DNA from: an uncultured Phycisphaerales bacterium
GTDB lineage: Bacteria; Planctomycetota; Phycisphaerae; Tepidisphaerales; Tepidisphaeraceae
Length of the DNA: 64,000 nucleotides
Assembly (NCBI GenBank): GCA_963758525.1
Contig: CAVWVQ010000001.1
Location: 320,001-384,000 of the forward strand
Reading direction: 5' to 3'
In this document: one piece after another, positions 50,863 to 64,000 of the stretch
Numbering within the stretch: position 1 is the stretch's first letter
Layout: each line of letters starts with the position of its first letter
The notes under the pieces: generated by a model
What the model saw: only the letters and a program-made list of their open reading frames with translations
Databases searched by the model: none
Told to the model about the DNA's origin: nothing
Program-made: the position numbers and the translations under genes

Positions 50863-51666
50863 TCACTTCACACCGCTCAGCAGTTCCCTCGCGTATGCAG
50901 CAGACAGGCTGGCGAGATCTTTGGGGCTCCGGCCCGGATTCGCGTTCACGACTTTGACGAACGCGCTTCCGACGATCGCGCCGTCGGCCAATCCCTGTAA
51001 TTGTGCAAGATGGCGCGGCTTGGAAATACCAAAGCCGACGCAGATCGGCCGGTCGGTCAGGCCCTTGAGCTGGCGGATCCCGTCGGCCAGATCGGCAGGG
51101 AGATTTTCGCGCTCACCGGTCACGCCGGACAGTGAAAGGTAGTAGACGAATCCGCTGCAAAGCCGGGCAATTTCGCGGCGGCGTTCGATGGTCGTGGTCG
51201 GAGCCACCAGCAGGACCGTGTCGAGGCCCCCGCCGCGAATGACATCGCAGACTCGCTGCGCTTCAGGCGGCGGAAGGTCCGGAATGATCAGCGCATCAAA
51301 CCCCGACGACTTGGCCGTCGAGACGAAACGCTCCAGCCCGTATCGATACACGATGCTGTAACTCACCATCGCCAGAAGCGGAATCGAAACCTTCGCGCGA
51401 GCGGCAGCGACTGCATTGAACACATCCGCAACCTTGAGCCCTTTGGCAAGCGCAAGCGTAAACGCCTCCTGGATCGTCGGGCCGTCGGCGATCGGATCGG
51501 AGAACGGGAAACCCACTTCGATCGCGCTGGCCCCGGCGGCATCGAGCGCGACGATGGTTTCGGTGGTCGTCGCGACGTCCGGGAAGCCCGCCGCGATAAA
51601 CGGCAAAAGCCCAATGCGCTCCCGGGAACGCAAATCGTCAAATACGCTGCTGATCGTCTGTCGCAT
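50863..51666 (-). CDS. trpA: Tryptophan synthase alpha chain
   Basis: IEVGFPFSDPIADGPTIQ, IPDLP, LVAPTT, GFVYYLS..GVTG, VGFGIS, DGAIVGSA. Confidence 0.96.
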   Translation of the reverse strand: MRQTISSVFDDLRSRERIGLLPFIAAGFPDVATTTETIVALDAAGASAIEVGFPFSDPIADGPTIQEAFTLALAKGLKVADVFNAVAAARAKVSIPLLAMVSYSIVYRYGLERFVSTAKSSGFDALIIPDLPPPEAQRVCDVIRGGGLDTVLLVAPTTTIERRREIARLCSGFVYYLSLSGVTGERENLPADLADGIRQLKGLTDRPICVGFGISKPRHLAQLQGLADGAIVGSAFVKVVNANPGRSPKDLASLSAAYARELLSGVK

Positions 51667-51748
51667 CAGGTTCTGTCTAATTTGAATGGCGCGCCCGGAT
51701 GAGGTCGTCACGGCGCTGCGGGCTAAGACACGCTTTAGGAATTCGCTT

Positions 51749-51876
51749 CTCCCCTCCCCTGGGACTCCGGGGGAAGATCAGGGTGGGGGCGGCGGTCGAG
51801 GAAAAGTTGCAAATATTCTTCACTGCGGAGCAAAACGCCCCAATCCCAGCCCTCTCCGCAGTATCAGGGGAGTGGG
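51749..51876. repeat. Degenerate CCCCTCCCC..GGGG family doublet between trpB and trpA
   Basis: CCCCTCCCCTGGGACTCCGGGGGAAG ... CCCAGCCCTCTCCGCAGTATCAGGGGAG. Confidence 0.65.
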
Positions 51877-51896
51877 CAAGGCATCTGACAACGATG

Positions 51897-53117
51897 TCAC
51901 GGACCTGGCGCAGCGATAAGCCGCGCGACTTCCTGACAATCCTTATCCCCCCGCCCGGAGAGATTGATCACGACGATCTGATCGCGGCTCATCTTCGGTG
52001 CAATCTTCGCGACGTACGCGATGGCGTGGGCGGTTTCCAGCGCCGGCAGAATCCCCTCCAGCCGCGCCAGCAGTTGGAACGCATCCAGCGCCTCGGCGTC
52101 GCTGATCGTCACATACTCTACGCGCCCCAAGTCTTTCCAATAGGCATGCTCCGGACCAACGCCGGGATAGTCCAGTCCGGCGCTGACGGAATGCACATCG
52201 GCAGTTTGCCCATCGTCATTCTGCAGGACATACGAGAGCGACCCATGCAGCACGCCGGGCTTGCCGGACGAGAGAGCGGCCGCGTGCAGGCCCAGCGCCG
52301 ACCCGCGCCCGCCGGCTTCAACGCCGATCAGTTTCACCGATGCATCCGGCGCAAACGGCGCGAAGATGCCGGCGGCGTTCGAGCCGCCGCCGACGCATGC
52401 GACGACCAGATCGGGCAGCCGGCCTTCGAGGGCCAGACACTGCTCGCGCGTTTCCCGTCCGATCATCGCCTGGAACTCACGCACGATCATGGGAAACGGA
52501 TGCGGCCCGACGACCGAGCCGATGATGTAATGCGTCTGCTCGACGCTGCCCATCCAGTCGCGCATCGCCTGGTTCGTGGCATCCTTCAGCGTCCTGGAGC
52601 CGCTGGTCACTTCGATCACCCGCGCGCCCATCAGCTTCATGCGAAAGACATTGAGCGTTTGCCGGCGGATATCTTCAGAGCCCATGTACACATCGCACTC
52701 GAGCCCGAATAGTGCGGCCGCGGTCGCGGTGGCGACGCCGTGCTGCCCGGCGCCGGTTTCGGCGATCAATCGCTTCTTGCCCATCCGCAAGGTGAGCAGG
52801 GCCTGGCCGATGGTGTTGTTGATCTTGTGAGCGCCGGTGTGATTGAGGTCTTCGCGCTTGAGATAGATTTTTGCGCCGCCAAGCTTTTCAGTGAGCCGCT
52901 TGGCGAAATAGAAACGGCTGGGTCTGCCGACAAACTCCCGGAGGTAGTAGTCAAATTCGCGATGAAACGATTCATCAGCAATGGCCCGCCGATACTCCGC
53001 TTCCAGTTGCTGCAACGCGAGGATCAGTGTTTCGGGAACGAAAACGCCGCCGTAGGGACCAAAATGACCGCTGGCGTCGGGAAGCGTTGGCGAGCTTTTT
53101 GCCACAGTGGAAGACAT
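51897..53117 (-). CDS. trpB: Tryptophan synthase beta chain
   Basis: [55 protein letters not shown]. Confidence 0.98.
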   Translation of the reverse strand: MSSTVAKSSPTLPDASGHFGPYGGVFVPETLILALQQLEAEYRRAIADESFHREFDYYLREFVGRPSRFYFAKRLTEKLGGAKIYLKREDLNHTGAHKINNTIGQALLTLRMGKKRLIAETGAGQHGVATATAAALFGLECDVYMGSEDIRRQTLNVFRMKLMGARVIEVTSGSRTLKDATNQAMRDWMGSVEQTHYIIGSVVGPHPFPMIVREFQAMIGRETREQCLALEGRLPDLVVACVGGGSNAAGIFAPFAPDASVKLIGVEAGGRGSALGLHAAALSSGKPGVLHGSLSYVLQNDDGQTADVHSVSAGLDYPGVGPEHAYWKDLGRVEYVTISDAEALDAFQLLARLEGILPALETAHAIAYVAKIAPKMSRDQIVVINLSGRGDKDCQEVARLIAAPGP

Positions 53118-53240
53118 CGGACGCGATGGTAAGGGAGCGACCAAGCAAACTGCAACAGGAGAAGGGTTTGATCCCCGCAGCTTGATTGGGGTTAGCCGCG
53201 ACGCGCAGCGGAGCGCGTCCGAACGCGCTCTGAATCTCTC

Positions 53241-54131
53241 CTACGACTTTGCCGGGGACGCGGATTCCACCGCCGCCGGCTGATCCTCCACTGCGTCTTC
53301 AGTGTCAGGAATGCTCATCCAATATCCGAGCAGCGCGCCGAACATTCCAGCGCTCGCATAATCGAGGGGGAGAGGGCGCGCCAGCGGAGCCCAGAAGCCG
53401 TCGAGCTCGCGCGAGCCGGTGTTCCAACCCTGGCTCTGGATCGCGGCCAGCAGGTAGCCGATGACTCCGACCGCGATCGGAGCGATCCAATACCATCGTC
53501 CGGCTTGCGGCGTGGGGGAGTTTGACTGCATCACGCTGGAGCCGACGAGGCCGGCGATGAAGACCGCGGCCACGCATTGCTTCTTGGCGTCGGTCTGTGC
53601 CAGGATGAGCACGACGATTGCCATCAGAACGGTTTGCAGAGCGACGGACGTGAGAATTTTAGAAAGTTGGGGCGGCTCCGCCTCGAGGCTCGGCTCCTCC
53701 CAGAGGAAGAGCCAGATTGCGGCAATCGTCGCACCCAGGAGAGCCAGTTCGACTGCCAGTTGAGTGAAGACGCTCGCGCTGGGCGCGTAGAGGAGCACTT
53801 CGTGCATGGGGCCGCCGCGCATCGACCAGGCGCTCATGCCGGCCGAGGCCGCGCTGAGCGAGGCCAGAAACCACCTCCCGCGGAGAAAAGCGCTGGCCAG
53901 CAGCGTGCATCCGATCAGCAGCACGATGAGAGTGAAGAGCGAGAGTACGGCTGCTCCAAGGGTCGGCTGCCGCAGCAAGCTTCCGCCATGGCGGTACTCC
54001 GCGGGGATACGCAGGAGGGCGCCGGCGTACCAGAAAATCAGAAAGCAGCCCAGCGCGGTGCCGGTGAACAGCACTTGCGTTACTCGATACGACCAGCGAA
54101 CTCCCGGTTCAACGTCGTCTTGTTCATCCAT
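53241..54131 (-). CDS. Hypothetical multi-pass membrane protein
   Basis: About 8 hydrophobic segments; LARPLPLDYAS motif; family not recognised. Confidence 0.75.
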   Translation of the reverse strand: MDEQDDVEPGVRWSYRVTQVLFTGTALGCFLIFWYAGALLRIPAEYRHGGSLLRQPTLGAAVLSLFTLIVLLIGCTLLASAFLRGRWFLASLSAASAGMSAWSMRGGPMHEVLLYAPSASVFTQLAVELALLGATIAAIWLFLWEEPSLEAEPPQLSKILTSVALQTVLMAIVVLILAQTDAKKQCVAAVFIAGLVGSSVMQSNSPTPQAGRWYWIAPIAVGVIGYLLAAIQSQGWNTGSRELDGFWAPLARPLPLDYASAGMFGALLGYWMSIPDTEDAVEDQPAAVESASPAKS

Positions 54132-54240
54132 GAGATTTAACTCGAGCTGGCAGCCCTAACGCTATGCTAACTGCCACTCGGCTCCTATGATGAAAGAACC
54201 GTAACAGAAGTGCGGCGGATGTGCTAATAGGCCGCTGCAT

Positions 54241-54467
54241 GTGGCACGGGCATCGAAACGCAATCGCAAGTGGCGCCGTTGTGCGCGAATCGCAATTGTG
54301 GTGCAGGCTTCCAGCCTGCTTTTGCGACCGTGGCAGGCTGGAAGCCTCCACCACAACGGGACTGCGATTGCCTGACATTCGGTGTCACGTGTGTCGTGCT
54401 TAAGCGACTTTGGTAATCAATCTCTCTTTGCTCCGCGCCGCTAACACGGGCAGGATGCCCGTGCCAC
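54241..54467. repeat. Nested REP-like elements (TGTGGTGCAGG doublet inside a GTGGCACGGG doublet)
   Basis: Outer arms 54241-54254 and 54445-54467; inner doublet 54297-54355. Confidence 0.85.
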
Positions 54468-54475
54468 GGGCAAAA

Positions 54476-57041
<2,566 letters not shown>

Positions 57042-57048
57042 GGGATTC

Positions 57049-57702
57049 ATGTGCGGCCGTTACCGGTTGATGAAGCTGAATCTGCTGCTGCACGCGTTTC
57101 CCTGGATTACCGGCTTGCCGTTCGATGAATCGCAGGGCGAGGACATCGCGCCGACGCAGCCGGTGTTGGTCATCTCCAATGACAAGCCCGACGCGTTCGA
57201 TCTCTATCGCTGGGGGCTGGTGCCCGCATGGGCAAAGGACATGTCCGTCGGCAACCGCATGTTCAACGCGCGTGCCGAGACGCTTGCTGAAAAGTCCGCT
57301 TTCAAAACAGCGCTTCGCAAGCGGCGCTGCCTGATTCCCGCGGACGGTTTCTACGAATGGAAGGCTGAGCCGGGCAGCAAGCGGAAGACGAAAGTGCTGT
57401 TTGAGCTGGCAACGGGCGAGCCATTTGCATTTGCCGGCTTGTGGGATGTTTGGCGCGACCCCGAGGGGAAGTCGGTTCGCTCATGCACCATGATCACGAC
57501 GACGCCAAATGAACTTGTGGCGCCGGTGCATAATCGCATGCCGGCGATTGTGCGTGCGGAGGAGTACCGAAAGTGGATTGGGGAGGGCGACATTCCGCAG
57601 GAAGAGTTGGGGAAACTGCTGTCGCCCTACCCGGCCGACCAGATGCGGGCCGCGCCGATTGAACCACCCGAACTACCACGCATACGCACGCTGTTCGATT
57701 GA
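57049..57702 (+). CDS. SOS response-associated peptidase (SRAP/YedK)
   Basis: MCGRY start, WGLVP, NARAET, RCLIPADGFYEW, HNRMP. Confidence 0.95.
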   Translation: MCGRYRLMKLNLLLHAFPWITGLPFDESQGEDIAPTQPVLVISNDKPDAFDLYRWGLVPAWAKDMSVGNRMFNARAETLAEKSAFKTALRKRRCLIPADGFYEWKAEPGSKRKTKVLFELATGEPFAFAGLWDVWRDPEGKSVRSCTMITTTPNELVAPVHNRMPAIVRAEEYRKWIGEGDIPQEELGKLLSPYPADQMRAAPIEPPELPRIRTLFD

Positions 57703-57739
57703 CGAAGCGCGTCCGACTCCATCTGCTAGAATCGCAACC

Positions 57740-58684
57740 ATGACCGCGGATGAGAACACGCTGCTCGGCATTGAGATCGGCGGAACGAAGCTGCAAGTGG
57801 TGCTCGGAAGCGCGACGGGGCACGTTCTGCGCCGCTGGCGCGGCACAGTCGCTCGCGAACACGGCAGGGCTGGAATCTGCGAGCAACTGCGCATCGCCGT
57901 GCGGGAGCTACTTTGCGGAGCGCGCCCGTCAGCCGTGGGAGCGGGCTTCGGCGGCCCAGTCGACTGGCGCAACGGCCGGGTCTGCAAATCGCATCAGATC
58001 TCCGGATGGGAAGGATTCGAACTGTCGCAGTTCCTCAGCGAGATCACGGGCGCACAGGCTTATGCCGACAACGATGCGAATGTCGCCGCGCTGGGTGAAG
58101 CGATCGTTGGGGCGGGACGCAGCTTGGATCCTGTGTTCTACGTGACGCTCGGGAGCGGCGTGGGCGGAGGACTGGTTATCGAGCGAACGATTTATCACGG
58201 GGCGCCGCCCGGGGAAGCCGAGTTTGGACATCTTCTTCTGGACCGAGAGGGCGCCAATGTTGAATCGCGCTGCTCGGGATGGGCCGTCGACCGGCGTATC
58301 CGCGCTGCGATCGCGGCCGACCCGCGGTGCATGCTGGCTCGTCTCGCTGGAACAGGGAGCGGGGCCGAGTCACACCATCTCCCGGCAGCGTTGCTATCGG
58401 ACGATGTGATTGCCAGAGAAATCCTCGATTCGCTCGCCGCTGATCTGGGCTTTGCGCTCTGCCATGTGGCGCACCTGCTTCACCCGCGCGTCATCATTCT
58501 CGGCGGCGGACTTTCGCTGATTGGCGAGCCGCTTCGGGCAGCCGTGACGAAGGAGCTTGCCAAACATATCATGGCGGCGTTCGCACCGGGGCCGCAAGTG
58601 AAGCTGGCGGAATTGGGCGAAGACGCGGTGCCGGTCGGGGCACTGATTCTCGCCGCACAATGTCACGAATCCGCACGCGCGTAA
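57740..58684 (+). CDS. ROK family sugar kinase
   Basis: GIEIGGTK, DNDANVAALGE, TLGSGVGGG, EFGH, ILGGG. Confidence 0.92.
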   Translation: MTADENTLLGIEIGGTKLQVVLGSATGHVLRRWRGTVAREHGRAGICEQLRIAVRELLCGARPSAVGAGFGGPVDWRNGRVCKSHQISGWEGFELSQFLSEITGAQAYADNDANVAALGEAIVGAGRSLDPVFYVTLGSGVGGGLVIERTIYHGAPPGEAEFGHLLLDREGANVESRCSGWAVDRRIRAAIAADPRCMLARLAGTGSGAESHHLPAALLSDDVIAREILDSLAADLGFALCHVAHLLHPRVIILGGGLSLIGEPLRAAVTKELAKHIMAAFAPGPQVKLAELGEDAVPVGALILAAQCHESARA

Positions 58685-58717
58685 CGCGCCGCAGTCGTTT
58701 CCGACGGAGGTTGATTC

Positions 58718-59338
58718 ATGGCCGCAGAGCAGGATGCGCAGAGCACGTCGAAAACCGCAGCCAGGTTTGGCGCCTGGATCGAGCAGTATCGAACCGCACA
58801 GAATGCCGCCACGACATCGATTCCCATCGATGCCGTCGCGCGTTTGATCGCGCGTTTGCGGACGCTGCTGGCGGAGGACCGGCAGCTCTTTGTCTTCGGC
58901 AATGGAGGCAGCGGATCCAACGCGTCGCATTTCGCGACCGATCTCGGGAAAGGCGCTTCCGACAAGCTCGGCAAACGCTTCCGAGTGCTCTGCCTCAACG
59001 ACAACGTGAGCTGGATGACGGCCATCGCAAACGACCGCGCGTATGACGAAGTCTTCAGCCGGCAACTGATGAATTATGCGCGTGCCGGTGACATGGTGCT
59101 GGTGCTCAGTGTGAGCGGCAGCTCCCCAAATGTGGTCAAGGCGGTCGAGTGGGCCAAATCGCATTCGGTCTTTACCGCCGCACTGATCGGCGGCAAGCGC
59201 GGCCGGCTCGCGGAAATCTGCGATGAAGCGATTGTGATCGATTCCACTCATTACGGCCGTGTCGAAGACGCGCAGATGTCCATTGCTCACATGCTTTGCT
59301 ATGCCTTCATCGAAAATCCTGGGTGGGAACAGTCGTAG
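58718..59338 (+). CDS. SIS-domain sugar-phosphate isomerase (GmhA-like)
   Basis: FGNGGSGSNASHF, TAIAND, SVSGSSPNVV, VEDAQ. Confidence 0.9.
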   Translation: MAAEQDAQSTSKTAARFGAWIEQYRTAQNAATTSIPIDAVARLIARLRTLLAEDRQLFVFGNGGSGSNASHFATDLGKGASDKLGKRFRVLCLNDNVSWMTAIANDRAYDEVFSRQLMNYARAGDMVLVLSVSGSSPNVVKAVEWAKSHSVFTAALIGGKRGRLAEICDEAIVIDSTHYGRVEDAQMSIAHMLCYAFIENPGWEQS

Positions 59339-59413
59339 CCGCGGTGGGCGCCCGGATCACACCATATAGCTTGCTGTGCGAGGCTCTTTATTCTTGCGAG
59401 CATCTCATCAAGC

Positions 59414-59447
59414 AGAAAACCCACGGAGCAAGCTCCGTGGGTTTTCT
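59414..59447. terminator. Bidirectional intrinsic terminator between convergent gmhA-like and groEL genes
   Basis: AGAAAACCCACGGAGC-AA-GCTCCGTGGGTTTTCT perfect hairpin with T-tracts on both strands. Confidence 0.85.
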
Positions 59448-59480
59448 CAAAAAATCCTGATCGCGAAATCGCGGGAATGA

Positions 59481-61145
<1,665 letters not shown>

Positions 61146-61252
61146 TTAAAACGGTGACGTTCAGTTCGCCGTATGCGAAAACAAATGAAACGTGAAGAGG
61201 CTCAGACATCGGTCTTTGTCACGGTCCACGTTTCACGTTCCACTTGCGGTCG

Positions 61253-61543
61253 TTATTCAACGACCGCAAGAATGTCGTCCTCACCCAGAATCATGAGCTC
61301 TTCGCCGTCGAGCTTGATCTCGGTGCCGGCATAGCTGGCGAAGATGACTTCGTCGCCTTTCTTGACGCTCAGCGGGGCGCGCTCGCCCGTGTCGAGACGC
61401 TTGCCGTCTCCGACGCTGAGGATCTTCCCTCGCTTGGGCTTTTCCTTCGCCGAATCCGGCAACACAATTCCGCTCTTGGTCTTGGTCTCGGCTTCAACCC
61501 GCTTGATGAGAATCTTGTCTCCGAGAGGACGCAGCTTGGCCAT
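61253..61543 (-). CDS. groS: Co-chaperonin GroES
   Basis: LRPLGDKILIK, TKSGIVLPDSAKEKP, YAGTE, EDDILAV. Confidence 0.98.
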   Translation of the reverse strand: MAKLRPLGDKILIKRVEAETKTKSGIVLPDSAKEKPKRGKILSVGDGKRLDTGERAPLSVKKGDEVIFASYAGTEIKLDGEELMILGEDDILAVVE

Positions 61544-61644
61544 CTGAACACACTCCTTAAAAGGTGAAAGTAATGAAGTCTCGTTTCCGCGAGAGTTTTT
61601 CGTCTTGGTTTTCAGTTTTTGGTCTTCGGTTTTGATTTTTCGCT

Positions 61645-62079
61645 TTACTCTTGCTTTTCAACCGCCGGCACCGATCCGGGCCAGCGGCTTTCGTAATGTC
61701 TTCGCAGCACTCGCGCCAGCACGTCGAGCAAGACGTTGAAGTCAACCGGCTTGCCGAGAACGCTGAACACATGCATTCCCAGCGCTTCCCGCAGCAGCGT
61801 GCTGCTCATATCGTTGGCCAGGAGAATCGCGGGCGGCGCGTTGTTCATTTCCCGCATCATCCGAATCACCTGCAGGCCCCCAAGCTGGGGCATCTGCTGG
61901 TCGAGCACCGCAACATGCACCGGCGTGGACTCCATCAGCCTCAGCGCCTCGCGGCCGCTGTGAGCGGAAAGCGTCTGCACGCCCTGCGGCTGCAGAAGCC
62001 GGGTAATTGTCTGATGCCAACCCTCCTGCTCGTTAGCCAAGAGAACGGTCAACCGATTTGTATGGCTCGCCTGCATCAT
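61645..62079 (-). CDS. Single-domain response regulator receiver protein
   Basis: SGREAL, VAVLDQQMPQLGGLQVI, VLGKPVD. Confidence 0.88.
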   Translation of the reverse strand: MMQASHTNRLTVLLANEQEGWHQTITRLLQPQGVQTLSAHSGREALRLMESTPVHVAVLDQQMPQLGGLQVIRMMREMNNAPPAILLANDMSSTLLREALGMHVFSVLGKPVDFNVLLDVLARVLRRHYESRWPGSVPAVEKQE

Positions 62080-62308
62080 GGTGGCTGAGTCTGTACACGG
62101 TGCCTTCCCAACAGTCTCCTTAACAACCTCCGTGCCGGAAAGAAGAGAGTGCTCTCTGCGACCTTAGTGCTTGCCATTGAGCGGGTTAGAAGACTTGGGG
62201 ACAGGAGATTTTCGCCGCGGCACCGACGATGTTCTGCCAAAGTTGGGATCGCTGGCGAACGCGCTGCCAGAGTGGCAGCGGTGAATCGACGCGGATACAG
62301 TTCGTGGC

Positions 62309-62682
62309 ATGGCGACGATTCGAGTGGAACGGATGGATCATGTGGCGATCGACGTCACGGACATGGGATGCGCGCGGGAGTTCTATGTTGGGCTGCTGGG
62401 GCTGCGCGAAGTCCCCCGGCCGATCAGCTTCGACTTTCCCGGCGCCTGGTTCGAAACCGGATCGGCCCTCCTCCACATCGTCTCGCGCCGCAGCGCGACG
62501 CCGACGGGCGGAGGCATCTCTGCTTTTTCGTCGCCGACCTGCACCAGGCGATGGAAGCGGTGCAATCGGCCGGTTTTCCGGTCACCGACGACGGACGCGG
62601 CACCATCCCCGGGATCGAAAGGTTTTACACGATGGATCCGGATGGGAACCGGATCGAGATTCAGGCGGCTGCGTCCCGCTAA
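62309..62682 (+). CDS. VOC/glyoxalase family protein (frameshift near 62510)
   Basis: MDHVAIDV, FYVGLLGL, RPISFDFPGAWF, then RHLCF...DPDGNRIE. Confidence 0.88.
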
Positions 62683-62730
62683 ATAGCTGTGCGCGCTCCC
62701 GCCCGGTCCGGAGTGACCGATCAATGCAGA

Positions 62731-62827
62731 ACACGAATCGACACGAATTTCACACGAATCTTCACGAAACAGATTTCCTTCGCATTCATTCGTGGCGATT
62801 CGTGGGCCATTCGTGCAGATTCGTGTT
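62731..62827. repeat. CACGAAT/ATTCGTG-unit inverted repeat element
   Basis: Four CACGAA units at about 10-11 bp spacing followed by four inverted TTCGTG units. Confidence 0.88.
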
Positions 62828-62901
62828 TCCTCTTCACGGATTGGCGCGGGACCTCGGAGATTGACGGCGAGCCTTCGCGCAAGGTCACAGGGGTGCCGCG
62901 A

Positions 62902-64000
62902 TCATCGCGCGTCTGAAGGCGTGGTCGTCGGCGCGCTCGCTGGAGCAACCGCCCCAACCGTCGGCGTCGTTGGATTCTTCAACAGGGCCGGCTCGATCCA
63001 ATTCAGCCGGGCGCGAGTGTCCATTCGGTTGCCAAAATCGACCTCGAGCGTCAGCGACCTGGCGTTTTCAAGTTGCTGCACGATCACCGGCGAAAGAATT
63101 CCGCCGTGAACGTGCGGCTGCTCGTAGACCACCTTCCCGTCGAGCTTGAGGCGAACCGTGACATCCGCCGCGACGGCATCGGCGCTGTCGCCGTCGATCG
63201 CGTACTGGGTGCGAAATGCGGTCCAGCTTCCGTCGAGCGGCCAGGTAAGCCGGGAGAACGCGTGCACGCCGATGCCATGCGCGAAGGTTGCGTCCCGGAA
63301 CCGCAATACGTCGCCCGTGACGGAGCGATCCATCTGCGCGGGCCAGGACTGGCCGGGGGAAATGAACGGCACGTAGACGCTCTCCGATGGCGGACGAACG
63401 GAGAGCCAACTCACCGGACCGTTGATCTGCTCGATGGCGCAAACGCGCGCCAGGTCAATGGAACTGGGCGCATTTCCCGGGATCGTGAAGCGCAATGCGT
63501 TGCCGTCAAGCGCGAGCGATTGGGCGGCGATCGCAGTTCCATCATCGAGCCGCACGCGAAAAGACTGCCGCGGCTGGCGCTTGCCGGCGGGGGCGGCGAA
63601 TGAAATCAATCTGATTGCAGCGAGCGGAAGATCCGTATTCCCGTTCTGGGTCTGCACGGTGATTTTCCCGCCGCCGATGGCGGTGACAATTCCGTGCACC
63701 TGGTCGTTGTTGGCCAGCGTTACCGCATCGTCGCTGCCTCGCTGTTCGGGGGCGGTTGCGCCGCCGGCACCGATCGCAACCAGATCGCGCAGCGGGAGAC
63801 GAATTTCTCCCAGCGTCGGGCTATGCCATTGCATCTGCTCGCCGGTCATCGCCGCAGGCTCGCCACCGACGCGGTCGCCCCCTTGCAGGAAGAGCGTGAA
63901 CGGTCCGGCATCGGCACGTGGCGGAAGAACCCGGGAAATTTCCAGCAACTGCGTCAGCGGCACATCACGACCCTCGCCGGCAGGAGTGAGGCCGTGAACG
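62902..64000 (-). CDS. NPCBM/NEW2-domain protein (5' end outside the window)
   Basis: SWLS, MDRSVTG, FAHGIGVHAFSRL, DGKVV, LTLEVDFG, NWIEPAL. Confidence 0.8.
   Translation of the reverse strand, partial: VHGLTPAGEGRDVPLTQLLEISRVLPPRADAGPFTLFLQGGDRVGGEPAAMTGEQMQWHSPTLGEIRLPLRDLVAIGAGGATAPEQRGSDDAVTLANNDQVHGIVTAIGGGKITVQTQNGNTDLPLAAIRLISFAAPAGKRQPRQSFRVRLDDGTAIAAQSLALDGNALRFTIPGNAPSSIDLARVCAIEQINGPVSWLSVRPPSESVYVPFISPGQSWPAQMDRSVTGDVLRFRDATFAHGIGVHAFSRLTWPLDGSWTAFRTQYAIDGDSADAVAADVTVRLKLDGKVVYEQPHVHGGILSPVIVQQLENARSLTLEVDFGNRMDTRARLNWIEPALLKNPTTPTVGAVAPASAPTTTPSDAR

Noticed and set aside
62122..62137. Sigma54 promoter on the minus strand (CGGCACGGAGGTTGTT)
   Set aside because: The -12 position is GT rather than the conserved GC, and the sequence also matches the octamer repeat unit.
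62148..62173. CIRCE-like element upstream of the groES/groEL unit
   Set aside because: AGTGCTCTC-N8-TAGTGCTTG has the wrong spacer length and many mismatches to TTAGCACTC-N9-GAGTGCTAA.

Overview
GC-rich bacterial chromosomal segment, most consistent with Planctomycetota class Phycisphaerae (Tepidisphaerales-like). This is an inference from an LExRxLxS-type leader, a TPR plus double alpha-CTD protein, ATQP/TTRP linkers, a UAP1-type pyrophosphorylase and tRNAs without encoded CCA. Most of the window is housekeeping: two HtrA-family genes, scpA, prfB with its programmed CTT-TGA-C frameshift, coaX, rseP, dxr, leuD, upp, sua5, trpBA, priA, gmhA-like, groES/groEL and four tRNAs (Phe-GAA, Leu-CAA, Leu-TAG, Lys-CTT). 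At least 14 conserved genes carry isolated 1-2 nt frameshifts, most likely assembly errors. No CRISPR array, integrase, transposase or reverse transcriptase was recognised. Five observations stand out. (1) A tandem-octamer palindromic element (GGCACGAA/GGCACGGA) is intergenic at three sites but also sits in-frame inside priA, adding about 75 codons. (2) An orphan RnfC-like/RnfD-like pair keeps its Fe-S cysteines but has lost the NADH/FMN-site motifs and conserved membrane motifs. (3) A 1.2 kb integrase-less islet at tRNA-Lys, bounded by a perfect 42-bp att-like repeat, encodes a zeta-toxin-like kinase and an unannotated 56-aa basic ORF. (4) A 271-bp TA-flanked MITE-like element with two internal hairpins supplies a gene's stop codon. 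(5) More than ten REP-like palindrome families occupy the intergenic spaces.
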